From assembly GCF_016433145.1 (NCBI RefSeq), contig NC_058130.1:167035972-167099971 (forward strand): a DNA stretch of 64,000 nt, written 5' to 3'. The notes below the pieces were generated by a model. That model saw only the letters and a program-made list of their open reading frames with translations. It had not been told where the DNA came from and ran no database searches. The DNA comes from Gracilinanus agilis. Taxonomy: Eukaryota. Numbering within the stretch: position 1 is the stretch's first letter; each line of letters opens with the position of its first letter. Positions 24,865-35,917 of this stretch are shown here, piece by piece. The translations under genes and the position numbers were made by a program.

Positions 24865-25507
24865 TGTGAAGATGGGATTAACTCTCCCCTGCCCATTTTT
24901 AGATTTAATCACCAGAAGTGTATACACCCCACTTATCCTTAAGTGGGGGAGGTCTGTGACCCACATGGGTGATAGTGGGTGATGAATCAGAATTGACCAA
25001 CTGCCCCCTGGGCAGGCCTAAGCAAAGCATTAGCTGTAATTGGTCCACATAAAGTGGAAGGAAGACACAGGAAGTGACGAAAGGAAGGGTCTTTAAAAGT
25101 GACAAGAACTTCCTGTGAGGAGGTTTTTTCGCCTTAAACTTGATCCTGAAGGAGCTCTTCAGCTGGGGACCTCAGACTGCTCTTGAATTTTCCTTTAGAA
25201 CTACCACGTGGGTGAAAAAGGCTGACTTCCTTTTCCTGGTTTTCTTGAAGGTACTAGCCTCCAGAGAGGCCCCTCATCTTGGAGGAGGCCCCCTGGCTAA
25301 AACCTTTGTTTAATTTATCAGGCCTTTTAAGCCCTTCCTGGTTCAGACCTGGCCAGAGTAAATAACCGCCCTCTTTGATATTCTTACTTTCAGTCTTTCT
25401 CCTTTTGTAAATAAACTACCATAAAAAGTCATTTGGAATTGAGTAATAATTCCTGGCGACCACACTCTTATAAATTTAGTCCAGCCCTTTTATTCTTACC
25501 CCTTACA
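24865..25507 (+). mobile_element. Probable solo LTR of an endogenous retrovirus
   Basis: About 640 bp, TG...CA termini (TGTGAAGATGG...ACCCCTTACA), internal AATAAA near 25410 and ETS-like GGAAGT motifs. No clear TSD. Confidence 0.6.
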
Positions 25508-26894
25508 TTCTGGTCCTCACAATATTGATACTGAATCTAAGGGTAGCTAGATTTCTTAGTGGTTAGAGTGCTGAATCTGAGTCAAGAAGACTTAAGTTCA
25601 AATCCTGACTCAGATACTAGCTATGTATCCCTGGAAAAGTCACTTAACCTTTGTTTGCCTCAGTTTCCTTAACTGTAAAATGGGAATAATAATAGCACCT
25701 GTCTCCCTGGCGATAATGTTTGTAAAGTGTTCAATATAGTGCTGGTAATATAGTCCTATAGTGTGTTTGTGTATGTATATAGGATAAATACTTCCATAAC
25801 AGCAATTATTTCACTCAACAGTAATATATATGTATACGTGCATATAATATAAATATAAATAATATAATATTATACATATGCTTATTTCCTTCTTCCTTAA
25901 TCTAAAATGATATTTCAACGTGGCATATAACCTTTTCCTCGTTCAATATTCCTAAAAACTTCAAATCATCTTGGAGTAGAGAGACACATCTGAGGGTACA
26001 ATTGGGGCTCCTATCAGTTTAGTGGTTTGTCTCTGAGCTAGAATGCTTGGATTTAGAATTATGTTAAATTAAATTAAATTGTTTCTGGCAGATTTTTGCC
26101 TAAAACTTATTGTTAATGTGTTTTTCCCCCCTTTGACACTGCCTTAGACCCAACATGAATTTGTTTTCCTTACCTTGAGTAAGACTCATATGGGATCCAG
26201 TTGTCCACATTTGGGAATACCAAGATATGCGCTATATTTAGGAGATTTTCCTTGATCCAGGAGGTAGCCGTGAGTCAAAGAGGAAATGACACCTTTGGGA
26301 GTCAGCTCCTGAGCCACAACCTTGTCTGTCCACATCAGAGCCCAGGTTGCAGCTTTTGTATCATAGTTCTTGATCTACTTGTTGTTCTTTCCATTTGACT
26401 GTAAACTCCCTGAGGGCAGATCCACATTGTGTTTATCTAGGTAGACCCAGCACAGGGCTCTGAAGACAGGAGGTGCTTTATGACTAGGTAGCTGAGGTCC
26501 CTTCCCTCTTCCCAAATAAAGGAGGAAATATAAAGAGATAGCCATTACCCAGCAAACAAAGTAATTTGACCTGCTCTTCACCCTCCAGGGTGACCCAAGA
26601 GCATGGTCCAGGCACTGGGGCAGACAGAAAGATGGGCAATGCCCAGTCCCTGCCTTCGTGAGCTAACAGAGGATATGACACATACACAAGTAACTACCAT
26701 GTAATACAAAATGGAACCCCATAAGTGCTTGAGAGACATACAGCTTAAAAGCCCTAAGGATTTGAAGAGATCACTAAATCTTTTCCCCTCAAAACCTCTT
26801 CTTCCTAGTTTCCTTTCCTCTGTCAATAACATGATCATTCTTTTAGTCATCAAGGTTTGAAACCTCAGCATCACCTTTTTTTTTTTTTTTTTTA

Positions 26895-27082
26895 AAACCC
26901 TAACCTTCCATCTTAGAATTAGTACTGTGTATTGGTTCTGAGGCAGAAGAGCAATAAGGCTAGGCAATGGGAATTAAGTGACTTGCCCAGGGTCACACAG
27001 CTAGGAAGTATCTGAGGTCAGATTTGAACCCAGATCTCCCCTCTCTAGGTCTGGCTCTCCACTGAGCCACCCAGCTGCCCCC
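26895..27082 (-). mobile_element. SINE1_Mdo-like element
   Basis: Full reverse SINE with T-rich tail; flanking duplication CAGCATCACCTTT. Confidence 0.85.
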
Positions 27083-28799
27083 AGCATCACCTTTGACATC
27101 TCTCTCCTTGGTCTCAGATAACAAATCCTTCCCCATCTCCTGTGGATTCTATGTCCACAGCATCTCTCTTGCATCCTTCCCTATTTACCATTTCTCCTTT
27201 TTCCATTGTAATTCATTAACTTCTGCCTGGACTATTGACTTCTTACAAATCTCCTGCCTTCCAGTCTCTCCCCTCTCCAATCTGTTCTGTTCTATACACT
27301 ACTGCCAAATTAATTTCCCCATTCATAGCTCTGTTCATGTTACTACCATACTTCAGAGCTTTCATTGGTTCCCTTTTGCCTATTGAATAAAATCCAAATT
27401 CCTTAGTCTGGTATTCAGACCCTCTACCATCTGTCTGAAACCTTCTCCAATTTTGTCGTTCAGTTGACAACTCTTCATGACTCCATTTGGGCGTTTCTTG
27501 GCAAGGATTCTGGAGCAGTTTGCCTTGTTCTCCAGCTCATTTTACAGATGAGGAAACTGAGGCAAATGGGGATAGGTGACTTGCCCAGGGTCACACCACT
27601 AAACCTAAAATATGCTCTTTTCTCACTTGGGTGACCCAGTGGGAAGAATAATTTGGGTCTCAAGTCAGGAAGACCCGAGTTCAAACGCTGCTTCAGATGT
27701 TTACTAGTGTGACCCTAGACAAATCAATTAACCACTATCTGCCTTTATTTCTCCATCTGTAAGATGGATATTAGAGCACCTACCTCCCAGGGATTCAATA
27801 AGATACTGTTTGCCAAGTGCTTAGCATGATGCCTGGTCCTTAGTAGGCACTTGCTAAATGCTTGTTTCCTTCCTTCCTCCACCTCTGGGAATCCCTGGCT
27901 TCCTTCAAGGTCCAACTCAGACACTGCCTCCTATTTTTGGCTTCTCTGATCGTTAATGTTCTTCCTCCCTAAATTTTTTTGCATGTGTTTTATTCTCAGT
28001 TATCTGTGTGTATGGGGTTTTCTCCCATATGACTATGAACTCCTCGAGGGGAGAGATTGTATCTTATTTTTATTAGCTCGTCTCTCCCAGTTCTTAGATT
28101 CTATAGATGAATGCACTGTTGAATGAATTTTAGATGGGGACTAGAATGGGGAAGAATCAAGGAAGACTTCCCGGCAAAGGTATCCTTTTAGCTGGTTCTT
28201 AGGTCATATTTCCATAGGAAATGGGGTGGAGGTGAGGGAGGGAAGGGGAGTCATGTGAATGAGATGATCTGTTTAAATAATGCAACAAAAAAACCGGTGG
28301 TCAGCCCAACCCTCCAGACCTGGATAGTGGACAACTCTCGGCCTCCTTTGCATGAACACTTTGTACCTCTCGAGGGATGGTTGGCCCTTCCAAGGTTCGT
28401 CTCCTCTACTAGAAGCTCTGTACTCGGGGGACACTTGGTCCAAGTGACCAAAGACTCAGCTCCAGGTCGCCGGAGAGGCCAGCCCTAAGTGATTAGAGGT
28501 GGTGAACCTGGAAGTGACTGGAGACAAGAGGGGGAAGGCACTCAGTAACCCCAGATTCCTCCTGGAAGAGCATCCAAGACTTAGCTCCATGTGCTACTAT
28601 TTCTTGCTGAATGAACGCACATCTTTAGAGCAATGGATGCCATGGAAGAACACAGACACAGTCCAAGAGAATCCTGCGAAGAAGCTCCTTCTCAAGTTAA
28701 GAGCAGAGCTGAGCTTTTTTTTTCATCTTTTGGGAGGACAAAATGAAGGCGGTTGGTATGTTAAGAGATGAGAGTTCTGGGATATACAAAGCTGGAAGG

Positions 28800-29600
28800 T
28801 AAATAGAGGCACGTCATCACGGCAAGAAGGAAAAGCAAAGCAACCTGGGAAGCCTTCAGAACCCTGATCAGTGCAAAACCCCAACATGACTTCAGATCAG
28901 GGATAATGAAGCTTTCCTCTGGCTTCTATAGAAAAAAAGTAAAGGATCAGAAGTGCAGAATGAGACATAAAATTTCCATTTAGGACAAATGTGTTGACTT
29001 GTTTTGCTTGTAACTTTTTGTTACCAAAAAAAAAAAATTAGGGAGCTCTATTGGGAGCTGGGAGGGAGGGATGAATTATGGTAAATCACAGAAATGCAAA
29101 AAATAAAAAAAATTTAAAAAGAACATCGGTATAACACAACTCAAAAAAAGAAAATAAAAGTTCAGAATGGGCCACAGAATAAACTGAAAGATTTCATTAC
29201 TGCTTTTTGCATTGAAAATGTTTCTTTTATTTTTAAAATATCTTTCTTTTGTATAGTACTTTACTTTAAAAAATATTTGATTTTCCCAATTACGTGTAAT
29301 AACAATTTTCAACATTTCCCAAAATTATCAGATCCAAATTGTCTTCTTCCCCCCTCCCAGAGATGGTAAACACTTTGATCTGGGTTATACATGTATTATT
29401 TTGCAAACACACTTCCATATTGGAGAATTGTTGGAGAATATTCATATAAAACACCCCAAAACAAAAACCCAAATAAAGTGAAAAATTGTCTGCTTTGATC
29501 CACATTTTGGCTCCAAAAGTTGTTTCTCTGGAGATGAAAAGCATTTTTTGTCATAAGTCCCGCAGAGTTGTCCTGGATCATTGTAATGCTGAGAGTAGCT
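28800..29600. mobile_element. L1-type 3' UTR fragments
   Basis: Similar to the other L1 3' ends in the window. Boundaries and orientation are mixed. Confidence 0.5.
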
Positions 29601-29634
29601 AAGTCTCACAGTTATATGATAATTTTTTTTTTTT

Positions 29635-29826
29635 AACCCTGACTTTCCATCTTAGAATCAATGCTCTGTACTGGTTCCAAGGCAGAAGACTGCTAAGGGC
29701 GAGGCAATGGGGGTTAAGTGACTTGCCCAGGGTCACACAGCTAGGAAGTATCTGAGGTCAGATTTGACCCAGGACTTCCCATCTCCTAGCCTGGCTCTCT
29801 ATCCATAGAGTCACCCAGATGCCCCC
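29635..29826 (-). mobile_element. SINE1_Mdo-like element
   Basis: Reverse SINE core and tail. Confidence 0.85.
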
Positions 29827-29919
29827 TAGATGCTACTTTTTAAACAGACGAAGTGACACCCAGTTCCATTCTACATATTCTGTCCTTTTTCGGTTTTTTG
29901 CCTGGTCAAGGGAGGAAGG

Positions 29920-30031
29920 GGAATAAACATTTATTAAGTTCTTGCTATGTGCCAGGCACTGTGCTAAGCATTTTTACAAATATTAGCTCATTTGATCCTT
30001 TCAACAACTTTGGGATGTAGTTGCTGTTTTT
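29920..30031 (-). mobile_element. MIR/MAR1-type SINE, left half (split by the ORMDL1 retrocopy)
   Basis: TGTGCCAGGCACTGTGCTAAGC...ATTAGCTCATTTGATCCT...CAACAACTTTGGGATGTAGTTGCTG continues seamlessly into 32040-32190. Confidence 0.85.
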
Positions 30032-32034
30032 TTTTTTCCATTTAAAAAATCTATTTATTAAAATAACACATCCATTCATATTAGTGTTTCAAAATGTGGG
30101 AAAAAGATAAAAACATACAAAGTTAATTTTACAACTGATTTTGATACTTAAGACTATCAATGCAAACAATAATCTCCCCAAGATGTTGAAGACAGTTCAG
30201 CTTTATTAGGATGAAGTGATTTTTAAGTAGTCTTTGAAGCTACTTAATTTTAGTTTATTTTCCAAAAATTACTGAATTTTGGAATGTTTAATTTTTTCAA
30301 TAATTTATTTTCTGATGTTTGTAATAGCTAATTATCATCAACAACAAATTTTGAGGAAATCTTAACAGGGAATTATGTGTATCAATTAGGACTGGGAGAA
30401 ACTGACTTAAAATGACAACTTTTAAGTTCACTTCCTTTGACCATTTAAATTGATACCTATTTTGAATGTAAAGTTAATAGATAAGGTATGGATAAAGAAG
30501 AGGGAAAGTATCCTTTAATGCAAAACTACAAAAAAAAAACCCCAGTGTTTAGTAGCTTACTTTGTACCATGGCTGGAGAAAGTTATTTTTTTACTAGACA
30601 ACTATTTTCTTATATAACTGTCTATCTAGCATTTAACTATCCTTCCCCAGATAAAAGATTTCAACCATTAAATGGTTCAACTAGAAAATCAGAGAATTAC
30701 ACATTATATTTCAGACTGCTTGGATTCAAATTAGTTTTTTCAATTAGCAGCCTTTTAAAAAAACAAAAATAAAAAAAAAAACAACAAAAAACCAGCAGAA
30801 CTTTGATTTGTTCAAAATTAATGGCTGAAGACTCACTAGAAAGCTGCAGGAAGCCATACTGAAAACTATTAATGAGGCTTGGAAGTACATCGCCAGGACA
30901 CACCAGTCCTCTGATACCTCCAGAACTAACCAGGTCTAGATATAAAACAGTAAGCCAGTGAAAACAAAGAATACATTTGTAAAACAAAAAAGAGCTGGCT
31001 GTCTTAGGAATAGGACATTTGACCTTTTAAAAGGATGATTCTGGTCCATATATAAATGTACTTCAACTTGACTATTACTGATTGGATAATTCTTTCTACA
31101 AAGTGCCCTTTCATTATAAACTAAAGCTACTCTTAACCTCAAGACTCCTATGTCATGCAGAGCTATTTTGCTCTCACCATACTGTCAATCATTTTGTAAG
31201 CCAGGCCTGCCTGGCTCTCCTGGAAAACTTCTGCAGAAATTAAGCAGACTTGTTAAATACTTAAGAGACATCTTCTCATAAAAATCTGCTTTTCTAAATA
31301 GCATACAAATAAGTATTAGGCCTTGAATGTAAAAACTTCCCATTGCACATTACAATGTAAACGGCATAGCATGCTACCTATTCCTTCCTTATAGAAAAAG
31401 CAGTAGCCACAAAATTTTGGTCAGAATTTCAGTTTCACATTTTCAGTTTAGTACTTATTAATACCAAAGATCTGAACACCGTGCAGTTGTGGCATTTTGG
31501 GAATTAGCACACTTAGAAGAGAAGCTGTGTTTAAGATGAAGTGGGTGGGATCATACTTGGTGTAGAAACTTGCCAGAAAATATAGAATTATTGGAGAAAT
31601 TGTGAAGAACTTCCGTGAAGAAGTAAACTGTACTCCATAGTCCAACTGTTCCCAGTGAGTCAGCAGCCTGGCTTTACCCTGGTCAGGGGTTTCAAAGGGT
31701 GTTCCTTTAACTGCATGTAAAAATACATACATTCCCAGATTATGTATTATATTTGTTAATGTCCAAGCAACAGAAACACTGAAGAAGGGAATGCTGAGCA
31801 AGACGATATGAAGTAAACCAACTCCCAATGCATATGTCAGCCACATACCACGACTGTTCATTACCCGAGTATTTGGATTTACCTCACTATGAGCAACTCC
31901 AACATTCATTTTTGCTCTCAAAAGGGGTACAGAGCAAGGGAAGCAGGCAGTACGCGGCAGTGGCCGTGTCCCGGCTAAGTACCCCAGCTCCGGCCAGATG
32001 CCGGCTGGCCCCAGGGAGCCAGAGCTCAACTCTG
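30032..32034 (-). pseudogene. ORMDL1: Processed full-length ORMDL1 retrocopy (5' UTR + CDS + 1.4-kb 3' UTR + poly(A)), ORF intact
   Basis: Intronless; AATAAA at 30054-30059 (minus), A-tail at ~30027-30037, identical 13-bp TSD AGTTGCTGTTTTT at 30019-30031 and 32035-32047. The locus is not syntenic with parental ORMDL1. Confidence 0.93.
31448..31909 (-). CDS. ORMDL1: ORM1-like protein 1 ORF of the retrocopy, 153 aa, uninterrupted
   Basis: [31 protein letters not shown]...[16 protein letters not shown] matches human ORMDL1 as I recall it, except P46S and R146Q. Expression is unknown. Confidence 0.75.
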   Translation of the reverse strand: MNVGVAHSEVNPNTRVMNSRGMWLTYALGVGLLHIVLLSIPFFSVSVAWTLTNIIHNLGMYVFLHAVKGTPFETPDQGKARLLTHWEQLDYGVQFTSSRKFFTISPIILYFLASFYTKYDPTHFILNTASLLSVLIPKMPQLHGVQIFGINKY

Positions 32035-32190
32035 AGTTGCTGTTTTTATCTCCATTTTCCAGTCGAGGAAACTGAGGCAAACAGATGTTTAGTGAGTTGC
32101 CCAAGGTCACCCAGCAAGTAAGTGTCTGAGACCAGAGTTGACCTTAAATCTTCCTGAGTCCAGGCTCAGTGCTCTATCCACTGAGCCTAC
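32035..32190 (-). mobile_element. MIR/MAR1-type SINE, right half
   Basis: TTTTTATCTCCATTTTCCAGTCGAGGAAACTGAGGCAAACAG...GCTCTATCCACTGAGCC is the MIR core in reverse. Confidence 0.85.
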
Positions 32191-32259
32191 CTACTGCCAT
32201 TGAATGTCTTATGAATGTTTGTTGACAAAAATGGAAGTGTTAAAAATAAGTGAAGGAAG

Positions 32260-32625
32260 GGCAGCTGGGAGGCTCAGCGGATAGAGAGTCAGGGCTGCAG
32301 CAGGGAGGACATGGGTTCAAATCTGGACTCAGATACTTCCTAGCTGTGGACAAGTCACTTAACCCCAAGTCAGTATTGGTTCTAAGATGGAAGGTAAGGG
32401 TTTAAAAAACATTTTTTAAATAAACAAATAAATAAATGAAGGAGGGGCAGCTGGGTGGCTCAGTGGAGTGAGAGCCAGACTGGGAGATGGGAAGTCCTGG
32501 CCTCAAATCTGGCCTCAGACACAACCTAGTTGTATGACCCTGGGCAAGTCACTTAACCCCCCATTGCCTAGCCCTTACCACTCCTCTGCCTTAGTATCGA
32601 TTCTAAGACAGGAAGTAATGGGCTT
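32260..32625 (+). mobile_element. Two adjacent SINE1_Mdo-like elements
   Basis: Two GGGCAGCTGGG heads at ~32260 and ~32444. Confidence 0.85.
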
Positions 32626-34263
32626 AATATACAAATAAATGACAGCATACAAAGTTGGGTGGGATGCAAACCCGAATCAGTAGTTTTCAGCCATCAAGCT
32701 GTGGTTTGCAATATCCTGTGGGGAGAGGAAAATAAAGAATTAAGGGATCCTCTTTGTTGTAGTTTTTGCCTAATCATGCAAGTCTAGCATAGATTTTCAT
32801 TGTTCTGCCAGAAGGAAAAAGGTCTGCCATAGTCCTTCACGATAGAAATGTCTAGTACATCCATAGCCTTTAGAAGGAATGACAAGTTTCCAGAAGCAAA
32901 CCAAAACTGTAGTCCTGGAATCCTGATTCCACAGTGCCCAGAAACCAATGCCCAAGGACTGGTGAACCGGATGGACTCCAGGGCTAGAAGTGAGGTTCTT
33001 GAGTAACTTGCCAACATTGCTTCAGAGTGACTCAAGGCACCAACCCCCAAGTGGTTGGAGATACAGCTATGAGTGATGGTGGGCTCACTGCCAGGAGAAT
33101 TCCTAAGAACCCCAAAGCACCCGAGGCACAGCCCTAACTCTTGGGACACGTCCCTACGTTGTTTAAACATAACAGGGAATGGCTTGCATCATGACCCTTG
33201 AGTGGCCCTTATAACTCATCTGTAAAATGGAGAAGTTGGACTAGATGACTTCTAATATCCCTTCTTACTCGAAGTATAATAACTTAGAGAAAGGCGACCC
33301 TGGGGAAGGAGGGGGGACAGGAAAGATTATGATCCATGGGTCTGAGCTTCAGCATGATAAAAGACATGATTCAAGGTGACCAGGAAAGAGGCCTGCCCCA
33401 CTCTGCCCCAATCACCAAAATGGCGGCATGGTCCAGGCTTGAGGGTGAGGTAGGATGGGTAGAGGAAGTCATTATGGACTGAATACATCCAATCCACTCC
33501 ATTCCCCACTGAGAGAACACATTCTGAGTTTCCAATAGGGAGAGTTGGCCTGGGATAAAAGTTGACATCCCTACTTAAGTGGTATAGTGGTTAGGACAGT
33601 AGACTTGGTTTCAAGAAGACTTGAGTTCAAATCCTGATGTGCTCACTCATGATATGACTCTGGGTAAGCCCTTAACTTCTCTCTCATCCTTCATTCCCAT
33701 AAAATGAGGGCAATAATAGCATCTGACTCAAAGGATCGAGTTAAATCAAATGGGTGAAGTGCTTTGGAGGTGTCTCTATCCTTAGCAGGATCTAAATGCT
33801 AAGTGTTATTATTACTCAGAGACTGGAGAAACATAGGGTTAGAGATTATGAGAGAGATGGAAAGTAGGAAAAATATGAGGCAAAAGGGAGCAAGAGAGAA
33901 GAAGAGAGAATAGGAGAGTCAGGGAGGGGAAAGGGAAAGGCAGTATTCAGGATGAATGAGACAGGCAATGGAAGCCAGAGAAGGAATCTAAGTAAACCTT
34001 GGAGCATTTGGGGTCCTTCTTGTCCAGGGTCACAAAGTTGGTAAATGCAGAAGTTGATAATTAAGCCCAATTCTGTTTCAGGGTTTCTTCCACTATAAAA
34101 TAAGGAGGATGGGCCAGCTGGTTTCTAAGGTCCCTTCTCTTTTTATTTTAAGGGTCTGTGAGATCCACTGACAAGATAATGCAGACAGAAATAGAAAGTG
34201 TGGCAGACACAAAGAGAAACAAAGTCACAGTGACATAGTCAGAGATAAGAAATATGGAAGTCA

Positions 34264-34750
34264 GGGGCAGCTGGGTAGCTCAGTGGATTGAGAGCCAGGC
34301 CTAGAGATGGGAGGTCCTAGGTTCAAATGTGGCCTCAGACACTTCCCAGCTGTGTGACCCTGGGCAAGTCACTTGACCCCCATTGCCTACCCTTACCACT
34401 CTTCTGCCTTGGAGCCAATACATAGTATTGACTCCAATATGGAAGGTAAAGGTTTAAAAAAAAATGGAAGTTCCCCCCCCCCGCCCCTCCCAATAAAGAC
34501 ATAAGGACTGACACAAAAAATAGATGTTTAAAACCTTTGGGGATTAAATCTAAAAATGGTCAGGGTAGATTTAATCTCATTATCAGTCTTCGGGGGCAGT
34601 TAGGTGGCTAGTGGATAGAGTCAGACCTGGACACTTCCTAGCTGCAGGACCCTGGGCAAGTCACTTAAACCTAGTTGCCTAGCCCTTGCCTCTCTTCTGC
34701 CTTGGAACTGATACTTGTGTGCATTCTAAGACAGAAGGTAAGAGCTAAAA
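34264..34750 (+). mobile_element. Two SINE1_Mdo-like elements (34264-34462, 34592-34750) upstream of CA9
   Basis: Canonical heads, cores and A tails. Confidence 0.85.
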
Positions 34751-35296
34751 ATAAATAAGTAAATTGATGCCTGCTTTCAGCGAGACAGACCCAGATACAG
34801 AGGGTCTCCCACATACACAAGCTCTCCACAGACATGGTGAGATATGTGTACATATTGAGACAAATACCCAGAGAATCCTCGGAGCCACAAATGAGGCTCC
34901 CTGGCCAGCCTCTGTTCCTCCTAGCCCTCACACACAGTTGGATCAAACAAGTGCTGAGAGCAGACCCCACCCCCTCAATTTCCCACTCTACCACTTCCAG
35001 ACCCTGGGGCTTGGGAAACTAAAAGATTCCTGGGAGCTTTCCCCGCTAGGGACCTCCTTCTCCTTTGGCTCCTTTTAGGCCCCATCAATTGAGAAAATAA
35101 TCAGGTCAGGCAGGCAGTTTTGGTACCAGGAAGGAGAATGCCCTGTGCATGCCAGTGCCTTGCACCCAGAGCCCAGCCTAGAACGCTGATAAGCTTGGCC
35201 TGAGCACACACCTGCTTTGCCAACCCCCTTTACATATGGGGCAGTGGGCCAGGCCAGGAAGACTTTGGTTCCATCACTATAAAAGGGCTCTCTCTG

Positions 35297-35361
35297 TGAG
35301 TCACCCTGCTTCTCTGCTTCTCTGCCCCTCCCCACACAGCTTTGGCTCTGCTAGCACGTAC
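35297..35361 (+). promoter_or_regulatory. CA9 proximal promoter: AP-1 site TGAGTCA (35297-35303), SP1/C-rich box (~35322-35335), hypoxia response element GCACGTAC (35354-35361)
   Basis: TACGTG on the minus strand 50 nt upstream of the ATG; same order as the characterised human CA9 PR2-PR1-HRE promoter. Confidence 0.85.
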
Positions 35362-35411
35362 AGACCGTAGGCACCACTGCTGGGGTATTCACTTCGCAGT
35401 CAGGAAGCAGC

Positions 35412-35868
35412 ATGGCTCCCCCTTGCCCAGGCCGGCTTCCCCTCCTGTCCCCAGCCAGGGCCCCCATCTGTCTGCTCTTGCTCCTCCTGCTTCTGGTCCC
35501 CTCCCGCCCCTTCAGTGTGGTGAGAAGAGAGAGAGATTCCTCTGAGGAGGAGGGAGATCCCCCTGAAACAGAGGATGGACCCCAAGAGGAGAAGCCACCT
35601 GGAGACGAGCAGCTTTCCAGGGAGAGAGAAACACCTGGCCAGGGAGATCCATCCAGGGAAGAGGATCCACTCAGGGAGGAGGTCCCACCCAGAGAAGAGG
35701 ATCCACCCAGAGAGGAGGATCCACCCATTGTCCAGGATTCTCCTGTCCCTGAAGATTCTGGTTCCCACAGAAATGTCCCAGAAAAGAAAGGTTAGTTTTC
35801 CTTTGCCTCTTTCTGCCCCATGACCACCCCCTTGCCTCATCCCCCTCCCTCAGAGGTGGGAGGGAGAA

Positions 35869-35917
<49 letters not shown>

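Noticed and set aside
28240-28800. Non-repetitive-looking stretch with 77-90 aa ORFs; also the 128-aa ORF at 32784-33170
   Set aside because: No recognisable homology, splice chain or retrocopy hallmarks.
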